From assembly GCA_001192655.1 (NCBI GenBank), contig BBVC01000019.1:1-32000 (forward strand): DNA of 32,000 bases, in the 5' to 3' direction. Both the position numbers and the translations under genes were made by a program. Below the pieces are notes generated by a model, which did not search any database, was not told the DNA's origin, and saw only the letters and a list, made by a program, of their open reading frames with translations. Shown here in pieces: positions 11,420 to 19,492 of the stretch. Every line of letters begins with the position of its first letter. The first letter of the stretch is position 1. Origin of the DNA: Caedimonas varicaedens (GTDB lineage Bacteria > Pseudomonadota > Alphaproteobacteria > Caedimonadales > Caedimonadaceae).

Positions 11420-12814
11420 TTACTCTATTGCCTTAACAACTTCTTCACATACTTTTTTAGCGTCTCCAAACAACATCATCGTATTATCCCGATAGAAGAG
11501 TTCATTATCTACGCCAGAATAACCTGCTGCCATGGAGCGTTTCACGAATAAAACAGTTTTTGCCCGCTCGACATCCAAAATCGGCATTCCATAGATAGGA
11601 CTGGTGGGGTCTGTCTTGGCCAGCGGGTTTGTTACATCGTTGGCGCCGATGACAAAAGCGACATCTGTCATGGGAAAATCGCGATTGATTTCCTCAAGCT
11701 CCAGCACATCATCGTAGGGTACATTGGCTTCAGCCAAAAGAACATTCATATGACCTGGCATACGCCCAGCAACGGGATGAATGGCATAGCGCACCTGAAC
11801 ACCCTTATGTTTTAAAAGATCGGCCATTTCCCGAAGAGCGTGCTGTGCCTGTGCAACAGCCATCCCATAGCCAGGGACAATAATCACAGATTTGGCATTT
11901 GCCATAATAAAAGCTGCGTCTTCTGCACTTCCTGATTTCACAGGTCGTTGCTCGGTAGAGATGCTATTGGCTGAAGAGGCTGACTCTGCGCCAAATCCGC
12001 CAAGAATAACGTTCACAATTGATCGGTTCATGCCCTTGCACATGATATAACTCAGGATAGCGCCAGAGGCTCCCACAAGCGCACCGGTGATGATCAGCAA
12101 ATGGTTATTGAGTGTAAATCCAATGCCAGCCGCAGCCCAACCTGAATAGGAATTGAGCATCGAGACCACGACGGGCATATCTGCTCCCCCGATGGGCAAG
12201 ATAAGCAAAAATCCTAGAACAAAAGAAAGGATCACAATAAGAAAGAATAAAAAAGCTGATTGAGTCGTGACAAATAAAAATCCTGCCAGAATCAGGATCA
12301 CAGCAAGAAGGGCATTCAGTAAATGCTGTAAGGGGAAAATAAGAGGTTTACCGCTGACCAGACCCTGGAGCTTGGCAAAAGCAACCACTGATCCTGTAAA
12401 GGTAATGGCGCCAATGGCAACGCCCAGACACATTTCAACAAGACTCCCCATGTGGATATGTCCGTCATAGCCGATACCAAAAGCATCGGGATGGCTAAAG
12501 GCTGCTGCGGCAACGAATACAGCAGCCAATCCTACCAGACTGTGAAAGGCTGCGACCAATTGAGGCAAGGCTGTCATTTGGATGCGTTTTGCCGTGACTG
12601 TGCCAATGACACCTCCAATGGCAATTCCTATGATCATTAGGGAATAACTTATGACGCCTGAGGAAGCTGCTGTGGCACCTATTGCCAGTGCCATGCCGGC
12701 CATTCCGTAAAAATTGCCAGCCCGTGCTGATTTGGGAGAAGAGAGACCCTTCAGTGCCAAAATAAAGCATACGGAAGCAACGAGATAACAAAGAGCAAGA
12801 ATATTCGGATTCAC
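11420..12814 (-). CDS. pntB: NAD(P) transhydrogenase subunit beta
   Basis: Polytopic N-terminal membrane domain plus the C-terminal NADP(H)-binding domain (..[13 protein letters not shown].., ..[20 protein letters not shown]..); 464 aa. Confidence 0.93.
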   Translation of the reverse strand: MNPNILALCYLVASVCFILALKGLSSPKSARAGNFYGMAGMALAIGATAASSGVISYSLMIIGIAIGGVIGTVTAKRIQMTALPQLVAAFHSLVGLAAVFVAAAAFSHPDAFGIGYDGHIHMGSLVEMCLGVAIGAITFTGSVVAFAKLQGLVSGKPLIFPLQHLLNALLAVILILAGFLFVTTQSAFLFFLIVILSFVLGFLLILPIGGADMPVVVSMLNSYSGWAAAGIGFTLNNHLLIITGALVGASGAILSYIMCKGMNRSIVNVILGGFGAESASSANSISTEQRPVKSGSAEDAAFIMANAKSVIIVPGYGMAVAQAQHALREMADLLKHKGVQVRYAIHPVAGRMPGHMNVLLAEANVPYDDVLELEEINRDFPMTDVAFVIGANDVTNPLAKTDPTSPIYGMPILDVERAKTVLFVKRSMAAGYSGVDNELFYRDNTMMLFGDAKKVCEEVVKAIE

Positions 12815-12835
12815 GGAGGAATTCTCCTTCTTTAC

Positions 12836-13252
12836 TTATGGTTTTTTGGAAAACATTTGCAGCATGCGCTGGGTGACGATAAAGCCACCAAAAATATTAA
12901 TAGAGGCTAAAATTACAGCCAGGAACCCCATGATTTTTGCTAAACAAAAACCTTGAAGACCTGAGGCGAGAAGAGCGCCTACAATAATAACGCTGGAAAT
13001 CGCATTCGTCACAGCCATCAAAGGTGAGTGCAAAGCTGGTGTGACGCGCCATACCACATAATATCCCACAAAGACGGCAAGAATAAAAACAGTCAGCCCC
13101 ATAATAAAAGGGGACGATCCCCCCTGGGCAGCTGTTTCGGCTGCGTGCTGTGCCATGATCGCATTTTGTTGAAGTTCACCTAGGTTTTGGACAAGCTCAG
13201 CCGCTTTTTGAGTAAGTTCAGCTGCTTTCTCAGAAATCGCATCAAATGACAT
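12836..13252 (-). CDS. pntAB: NAD(P) transhydrogenase subunit alpha part 2 (membrane part)
   Basis: Start at MSFDAISEK (ATG 13252, AAGGAG upstream), followed by transmembrane helices (..[32 protein letters not shown]..). Split-alpha arrangement as in other alphaproteobacteria. The longer listed ORF start (13333) overlaps pntAA and is rejected. Confidence 0.85.
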   Translation of the reverse strand: MSFDAISEKAAELTQKAAELVQNLGELQQNAIMAQHAAETAAQGGSSPFIMGLTVFILAVFVGYYVVWRVTPALHSPLMAVTNAISSVIIVGALLASGLQGFCLAKIMGFLAVILASINIFGGFIVTQRMLQMFSKKP

Positions 13253-13262
13253 GAAAATCTCC

Positions 13263-14408
13263 TTATTTCGAAGCAAATTGAGGATGAATAATTTTTCCCT
13301 TTTGTGTGATGGCGGTTGCCTTGATAATGTCATCTTCCAGATTAATATTTAATTTCTTCTGTTCCTTATCCCACAACAAGTTCAGGAAATTAAAAATGTT
13401 GCGCGCGTAAAGAGCGCTTGCATCGCGTGCAATTCTTGAAGGCAAATTCGCATATCCACAAATTTTTACGCCATGTTTCTCTGTTACTTGTGCCAAAGCA
13501 GAACCTTCGACATTTCCGCCTGCTTCAACAGCCATATCAACGATGACAGAGCCTTCTTTCATATCCCGAACCATGGAGTCCGTAACAAGGCGTGGTGCTG
13601 GTTTTCCGGGAATCAGGGCTGTTGTGATAACAATGTCGCTTTTCTGAACAGCTTCATGAATTTTTTCTGCTTGGCGCTTTTGGTAATCAGCGCTCATTTC
13701 TTTTGCATATCCACCTGTTCCTTCACCTTTTTCTTCGCTTTCTACAGAAATGAAAGTCGCTCCCAGGCTCTCGACCTGTTCCTTTGCGGCTGCCCTGACA
13801 TCAAAGGCAGAAACGATAGCACCCAAGCGGCGTGCCGTGGCAATGGCTTGTAAGCCCGCAACGCCGGCGCCTAAAATCAATATGCGGGCAGGCGGCACAG
13901 TGCCTGCGGCTGTCATCATCATAGGGAAAACTCGTCCAAACAAGTTAGAAGCCTCGATAACGGCGCGATAGCCTGACAGGTTACTTTGTGAAGACAAGAC
14001 ATCCATACTTTGTGCACGCGTGATACGAGGCGCCAGTTCCAGCGAAAAAGCGGTGATTTTTCGTGAAGCGTAATTTTTAAATTGTTCGGGTGTATTGTAA
14101 GGCGCTAACATCGCGATCATGGTTACTTCCTGGGGAAGAAGTGAAACCTCATCTATTCCTTCTTCTTTTGAAGACAGGGGGCGCTGAACTTTCAGAACGA
14201 TATCCGCTTTTTGAACCGCGGCAGCAAAGTCTTTTGCAAGAGTTGCTCCTGCATTTTTATAGTCTTCATCCCGAATGGCCGAAGCGATACCCGCGCCTTT
14301 TTCAACAATTACCTCAAGTCCCAAGGCGATCATTTTTTTTACTGTTTCCACAGAAGCGGCGACGCGCATCTCATAAGGGCTGCGTTCTTTTACGATGGCT
14401 ACTTTCAT
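13263..14408 (-). CDS. pntAA: NAD(P) transhydrogenase subunit alpha part 1 (soluble NAD(H)-binding dI)
   Basis: Alanine dehydrogenase/PNT fold with Rossmann motif [23 protein letters not shown] at 14408 (MKVAIVKE) preferred over the TTG at 14420. Confidence 0.9.
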   Translation of the reverse strand: MKVAIVKERSPYEMRVAASVETVKKMIALGLEVIVEKGAGIASAIRDEDYKNAGATLAKDFAAAVQKADIVLKVQRPLSSKEEGIDEVSLLPQEVTMIAMLAPYNTPEQFKNYASRKITAFSLELAPRITRAQSMDVLSSQSNLSGYRAVIEASNLFGRVFPMMMTAAGTVPPARILILGAGVAGLQAIATARRLGAIVSAFDVRAAAKEQVESLGATFISVESEEKGEGTGGYAKEMSADYQKRQAEKIHEAVQKSDIVITTALIPGKPAPRLVTDSMVRDMKEGSVIVDMAVEAGGNVEGSALAQVTEKHGVKICGYANLPSRIARDASALYARNIFNFLNLLWDKEQKKLNINLEDDIIKATAITQKGKIIHPQFASK

Positions 14409-14592
14409 TTTATCCTTCAATCACTATTGCTTGAATATTTCCCATTTCTAACACAGCTTTGAAAGAATCGTAAGACCTTCATGGAAAACTTTTTAATGGT
14501 TTTAAAAAAATACACTTTACATTCTTATAAGAATCAATAAAGATTTAATAAAATTATAATAAAAATGGCTTAATAAGGGGAGACTTTAATAG

Positions 14593-16548
14593 ATGAATGA
14601 TTTCAATGATAAAAATTTCATGTGTCGTGCATTGAATACAACAATTCTTGCTTCTGCTTTTCTTTTGATTTCTGCTTGTAGTGAAAATCAGATGGGCAGT
14701 AATACGGAGAACAACTCTACGCATAGTAAATCGATCAAACAGATTGTTGCTGAGCATAAAGATAAAAATACCAAAAAAGGAGAGATCGCCCAGGGTGTTG
14801 ATTTTATGCTGGCGGGGAATTATGACGAAGCAGGTACTAAATTCAACCATATTCTAACATCAGACCCCACTAATGGGACAGTGCATCTTCTGAATGCGAT
14901 CAATTATCAACTGAAAGCAAAAGGAGGGGATATAGGACAGCTTGATATTGCGGAAGCGGGTTTGGTTCAAGCACTTAAGTTCAACCCTACGGATGCTCTG
15001 GCTTCGCTTCAATTGGGACGCGTCAAGAAATCAAAGAAGGAATATCAAAAAGCCCAGGAAGAATTCGCCAATACGCTCTTGCTTGACCCAGATAATAAAC
15101 AGGCTATTTACGAATTGGCCACCACATCCTACCTTATGGGTGACCTCAAAACAGCGCGTGTTGCCATTGAGCGCTATTTAAAAGCTCATCCTGACAAGCC
15201 TGAAGGATTGCAATCGGCTGCTATTATTCGCGCAGCTTGTGGTGATTCTGTTGCGGCGAAAAACGCCCTGGTTAAATTAAAATCCATTAAAGACCAAGAT
15301 TTTCGTGCAAAAGAAGCCCAACGACGCGTTCTGGATTGGAAGAAACTTTATGATGAGGGTCTGATCACCCTGGCTCAGGCCGCGCCGTCAACTCCCCCTG
15401 ATGTAATATCAACAGCTCCCGAACTTGTCGCACCAGCTGCTGATGCTGCCGCAGCTCCGCCCGCCGCACCTCCTGCAGCACCTGTTGCTGGTCCTGGTGC
15501 CAAACCCACGATGGTGGTGATTGATGCCCTTGTGATGCGAAGCAGTGAAGCAGGCACGACCAGTAAGGGAAATAATATCCTTGAAAATTTTGCTGTGACT
15601 TTAGCGCCTGGAACTCATTTGAAAGCGAGAGCAAAAGGGTCTGGAAACGGCCCAACTAATTTTGAGAATGTTAATGTCTTCCCAACTAACGCTGCTGCTG
15701 GAGTCAATATTGCCAGTACTATTGCAGGAGGAAGCCAAAACCCCTTTTCTATATCTCGACTTTTTGTGCAAGGTGTGACTTTTGGAAGCGTTCAGTACAG
15801 TCTTAATATTGCCAATACAGATAAGCTGACAATTCAGGTCATGGATCGTCCGTCGGTGACAACGATTTTGGGACAAAAAGGAGAATTTTTCTCAGGAACA
15901 GAGTATATTTTGGGTCTTGCTGGGCAATTTGGCGGAAGTATTACGCGAACTCCCGTGGGTATTGAGCTTGTCGTAACGCCGACAGCCTATGATCCTGAAA
16001 CTGATACAGTGACTTTAGATATTCGTATGTATGGAAGTTTGCAAAACCAGGATAACCCACCTGCTGACGTGACGAAAACTTTTGCTCAATTCAGTGTATC
16101 GCGCGTTTATACAACCGTTAACATGAAAATGGGTGAAACCATTATGCTAGGGGGAATTCAAACACGCACAGACCAACAGGATAAGACTGGTTTTCCTGGA
16201 CTTCAGGATATTCCAGGAGTTCAATATCTTTTCTCCAATGAATCTACATCCAGTGAACGCAAAGTTGTCACATTCCTGATTACGCCTCGTATGGCTGCAG
16301 ATGCGAAGAAACTGACCCAGATTCATTTGGCGAAAGACAATACAAAAGATCGCCCTATTTTATCAGAACTTGAGCTGAGGCACAAAGACTGGTTTGTGGC
16401 GCCTATGCCCAATTGGGTTACGCATTACAGAATGATGGATGGTCTTTATCGGGATTTCCGTACAGGAGATGTTCCGCCTATAGATTGGGATCAAACAGAT
16501 AGTTTGGAAGAGCAACTGGAAAGCTTGCGTACATTCTTCTATTATTAA
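14593..16548 (+). CDS. lipoprotein with an N-terminal TPR module, a Pro/Ala linker and a C-terminal secretin (type II/III secretion system family) channel domain
   Basis: Lipobox LLISAC (Cys29). TPR-like repeats at residues ~65-255. Linker at residues 261-305 (AQAAPSTPP...AAPPAAPPAAPVAGPGAKP). Secretin core from ..MVVIDALVMRSSE.. to the hallmark GETIMLGGIQ...KTGFPGLQDIPGVQYLFSN...KVVTFLITPRM (about residue 567). An 84-aa tail ends in FFYY. RBS AGGGGAG lies upstream of the ATG. Confidence 0.8.
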   Translation: MNDFNDKNFMCRALNTTILASAFLLISACSENQMGSNTENNSTHSKSIKQIVAEHKDKNTKKGEIAQGVDFMLAGNYDEAGTKFNHILTSDPTNGTVHLLNAINYQLKAKGGDIGQLDIAEAGLVQALKFNPTDALASLQLGRVKKSKKEYQKAQEEFANTLLLDPDNKQAIYELATTSYLMGDLKTARVAIERYLKAHPDKPEGLQSAAIIRAACGDSVAAKNALVKLKSIKDQDFRAKEAQRRVLDWKKLYDEGLITLAQAAPSTPPDVISTAPELVAPAADAAAAPPAAPPAAPVAGPGAKPTMVVIDALVMRSSEAGTTSKGNNILENFAVTLAPGTHLKARAKGSGNGPTNFENVNVFPTNAAAGVNIASTIAGGSQNPFSISRLFVQGVTFGSVQYSLNIANTDKLTIQVMDRPSVTTILGQKGEFFSGTEYILGLAGQFGGSITRTPVGIELVVTPTAYDPETDTVTLDIRMYGSLQNQDNPPADVTKTFAQFSVSRVYTTVNMKMGETIMLGGIQTRTDQQDKTGFPGLQDIPGVQYLFSNESTSSERKVVTFLITPRMAADAKKLTQIHLAKDNTKDRPILSELELRHKDWFVAPMPNWVTHYRMMDGLYRDFRTGDVPPIDWDQTDSLEEQLESLRTFFYY

Positions 16549-16590
16549 GAAAGAAAAAGGCCCGGACTTAATTATTTAAATCTACAAATT

Positions 16591-16630
16591 AAAAAAGCCT
16601 CTCATATTTAAAGTATGAGGGGCTTTTTTA
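16591..16630. terminator. bidirectional intrinsic terminator between convergent genes
   Basis: 10-bp stem GCCTCTCATA (16597-16606) / TATGAGGGGC (16614-16623) with one G.U pair and a 7-nt loop, flanked by A6 (16591-16596) and T6 (16624-16629). Confidence 0.8.
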
Positions 16631-16644
16631 TGATTCTTATACGT

Positions 16645-17685
16645 TTATTTCTTGATACTGATATCTGACAGGCTTGCGTTGGCCACACGCCATAGCTCAC
16701 TTGTAAGATCAGTATTTGCAATAAATTCATAGGGAACCTTGAAGAAGCCTCTTTGTCCGTGAAGCGCTACTCCCCACTCAGTCCCCCAGGAATTAGCGAC
16801 CCAAAAATGTCCGCTGTATCCACCGGTTGTATCATGGTCATCATGCCCGAGAATGGCAACGGCATGACCCCCGAGAATTTCCTCTTTATTCGTATTAGGC
16901 ATAGGAACGTATCCTGTGTTTGCAACAACATCTGATTCAAACGAATCATAAACTGTAAAGCCCATTAAGACAGGATATCCTTGAGACAGGGAAAGCTTGA
17001 CTGTGTTAATATCTCCAGGCTTGATTTCTTCTGTACCAATGTTGCTTGCATCCTTGTTATATTTTGCATGAGCATCGGCAATTACAGGAGGATGCTGGGT
17101 AAACTTGCTGATATCATATTTCCAATCCCCCTCATCAGGAGCACCATAATTATGAAGCACCCAAACAGCGTCTGCGATGCTGGCTCCAGAGTCCTGATTG
17201 ATATAGTTGTGGCTTGAATCGCTCATATGCTTGCGCTCGTAATAATAGTGATAGAGCCTTGAAAGCGTTTGCACCTGAGCTTTTATAGCGCTAACACTCA
17301 AGGCGTGTTCTACTTTAAGCAATTCCAGCGTTTTGATGACACGTACGCATTGAGCTGAACTGTTTGACGTGCAAGACCCCAACTCTCCCTGATCAACGAT
17401 CACAGCATAAGGCGTCATATCTGAAGAAGTAGGAACCTTGGCATGTAATTGAAGGGGAGATAAAGCTTTTTTACCTTGTTCTCGTCGCTCATCATGAATG
17501 TCATTAACAGTTCTTAAAAGTTCTTTCATATGGGGCGTTGAGGGAAGTAAACCAAAGGCATGTTTTGGTTTTACGACATTATGGTGTTCAATTTCTTCGA
17601 TAGGAGTGTGGTGTGAAGCAAATAGAGGCACAGTTAAACAGGTAGTTAAAATAAGTGAGTATTTGAATTGTTTAAGGCAAGTCAT
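16645..17685 (-). CDS. secreted papain-like cysteine protease (peptidase family C1-like)
   Basis: Signal peptide MTCLKQFKYSLILTTCLTVPLFA. Catalytic contexts in canonical order: DQGELGSCTSNS (Gln/Cys), GGHAVAILGHD (His), VANSWGTEWG (Asn-Ser-Trp-Gly). Confidence 0.8.
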   Translation of the reverse strand: MTCLKQFKYSLILTTCLTVPLFASHHTPIEEIEHHNVVKPKHAFGLLPSTPHMKELLRTVNDIHDERREQGKKALSPLQLHAKVPTSSDMTPYAVIVDQGELGSCTSNSSAQCVRVIKTLELLKVEHALSVSAIKAQVQTLSRLYHYYYERKHMSDSSHNYINQDSGASIADAVWVLHNYGAPDEGDWKYDISKFTQHPPVIADAHAKYNKDASNIGTEEIKPGDINTVKLSLSQGYPVLMGFTVYDSFESDVVANTGYVPMPNTNKEEILGGHAVAILGHDDHDTTGGYSGHFWVANSWGTEWGVALHGQRGFFKVPYEFIANTDLTSELWRVANASLSDISIKK

Positions 17686-18004
17686 CCTTTAATCTCCTTG
17701 TTGATGATAGTTCCAGGGAATTGGAACCTTTCAAATCATGTTCCTAGTAGTATTAAAAGATGGTAAATTATTTGCTAAATAAATATTAATTAGAATTAAG
17801 CGTATAATATAAAATATTTTTATTATTGAAATATTTTTCTTTATTTAATTATTTTTAATTTAAACAAATAGTTATAACTTATATTATTAAATAAGATTAT
17901 GAAAAAATAGCATTAAAGAAGATTTTTTTATTTTAAATTTTTAGATGAGAACTTATACTTGTTTCAAGTCTTGCCATCTTTCCCATGAATAGCGGTTTAT
18001 TGAC

Positions 18005-18830
18005 GCGATCATGGCCAACAAGACCAATACCTAGCAAGCCTTTCCAATTTATCATTCCAACCTTTCTCTAAGGTCGCCGCAACTAATTGGTTGGCAGGAT
18101 TCACTTCTTCATAACGCCTCTGAGCAAGTTGCACTTCATACTCTGCCCTCTTTCAAGAGCCACTGTTGATTCATGTCCATTTTACGGCGTTCCAGTTCTT
18201 TCCAGGCTTCTTGTGCAATTTCTAATTGGGCAGGAACCATCACCTCTAAAATCCTCTTTGTAATAGCGGCATCAAGAGGAGCACCTTTCATCCACATACA
18301 AAGCTTGTTTACACCTGTTTTCCTGAGTTTCCAATTACATATATAACCTGAGTTTCCAATTAAGAAGAGTGAGTGCCTACTTTGAGCTTCCTGTACCCTA
18401 ACAGACATACGATTCCCGCACTCCCTACACATAAGAAGACTTTGAAGAAGGGCTGACCACCCCCTTCGCGCATAGCCTCTGATACCAGAGTGTGTCCTCC
18501 CTTGTTAATATTGTTTGCTAATATCTGCAACTGGTGTCTTTTCGGATAAAAATCGAGCATAAATTCAGAGAAATTAAGGTCTTTAAAATTATGTCTGAAA
18601 CTTACAGGAATTTTGGAAGGAAACATCATCCACGCTTCAACAACTTTTGTGTACAATACTTTCAAACCTCATTGGAGTCTTGAGTTTTTGCCTGTTGAAC
18701 GCTGCGATCATGCTTTTTTGATCCTTGGACTATATTCATAGGGATAATCCTCTGTAAAGCTGCCAGGTTTGCTGGATTGAAGTATAGTGAACCTGTACAT
18801 ATTCTACCCAGAGCTTGTCATTAAAAAATA
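18005..18830 (-). pseudogene. large serine recombinase remnant; C-terminal recombinase/zinc-ribbon/coiled-coil part only, frameshifted, catalytic N-terminal domain absent
   Basis: Minus-strand fragments in several frames: ..FTILQSSKPGSF.., ..LLMCRECGNRMSVRVQ...GYICN.. (zinc beta-ribbon), ..PLDAAITKRILEVMVPAQLEIAQEAWKELERR.., ..QLAQRRYEEVNPANQLVAATLEKGWNDKLERL... These strings are typical of large serine recombinases. There is no intact ORF and no resolvase catalytic domain before ccmD. Confidence 0.65.
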
Positions 18831-18875
18831 AATCACCTATAACTTGCAAGTCTTCTATCTTGAGTTTGGTATAAC

Positions 18876-19013
18876 ATGACTTCAGAGACTTATGAATTTT
18901 ATATTATTGGCGCTTATGGCGTGGCAGGATTTATTTTTTTAGGGATCTTTTTTTATTCGTGGGCACAACTCAGGCTTGCCCGTCGAAAGTATAAACAACT
19001 CACTACAAAATGA
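18876..19013 (+). CDS. ccmD: heme exporter protein CcmD (45 aa, below the ORF-track size cut-off)
   Basis: Hand translation: MTSETYEFYIIGAYGVAGFIFLGIFFYSWAQLRLARRKYKQLTTK. It has a single TM helix followed by a basic tail, as in CcmD. The TGA stop overlaps the ccmE ATG (ATGA at 19010-19013). Confidence 0.75.
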   Translation: MTSETYEFYIIGAYGVAGFIFLGIFFYSWAQLRLARRKYKQLTTK

Positions 19014-19483
19014 CGCCTCAAAAAAAACATCGACTTACTTTCTTGCTTTATTCGTTTCTGTCTCTTTCTCTCGCAGTTGTTCTTCTGCTTTTTGCTTTAA
19101 AAGACAATCTCATGTATTTTTATACTCCTTCAGAAGTTGTGCCTCTCCATTCTTTTTATGATAAGAAAATACGTTTGGGGGGGATGGTGAAAAAAGATTC
19201 TATCAGGCAAGATACGGGTATACAGGATACCTTTTTTACTGTTTGCGATGAGAAGAGTGAAATTAAAATTCATTATAAAGGAGTATTACCCGATCTTTTT
19301 CGGGAAGGACAAGGTGTGGTCACGGAAGGAAAGCTTACATCTGCAAATATTTTTGAGGCTCAGAAGGTTCTGGCAAAGCATGATGAAAATTATATGCCGC
19401 CAGAGGTTGCAAAATCTCTTAATAAGCCTCATAAAGAACTGGCAAGCCAAAGTCTTGAAAGACCCAACCCCAACAGTAGATAA
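19010..19483 (+). CDS. ccmE: cytochrome c-type biogenesis heme chaperone CcmE
   Basis: N-terminal membrane anchor, ..YFYTPSEV.., OB-fold, and the heme-binding His motif LAKHDENYMPPEV. Confidence 0.92.
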   Translation: MTPQKKHRLTFLLYSFLSLSLAVVLLLFALKDNLMYFYTPSEVVPLHSFYDKKIRLGGMVKKDSIRQDTGIQDTFFTVCDEKSEIKIHYKGVLPDLFREGQGVVTEGKLTSANIFEAQKVLAKHDENYMPPEVAKSLNKPHKELASQSLERPNPNSR

Positions 19484-19492
19484 ATTATAAAA

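Noticed and set aside
15373-15507. GC-rich, repetitive-looking GCN/CCN stretch
   Set aside because: I considered a tandem repeat or array. It is simply the codons of the Pro/Ala linker of the secretin lipoprotein, in frame and with no exact repeat unit.
17711-17728. TTCCAGGGAATTGGAACC inverted-repeat-like sequence just upstream of the protease start
   Set aside because: Only 5-bp arms (TTCCA/TGGAA) pair, which is too short to distinguish from chance.
17868-17885. TAGtTATAACTTATATT resembling the IS630 right end plus flank (8638-8655, TAGCTATAACTTATATT)
   Set aside because: Only about 17 nt match in extremely AT-rich DNA, with no further IS630 similarity on either side. This is probably chance or a shared AT-rich target context. 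It is mentioned in the AT-tract finding but not called as a solo IR.
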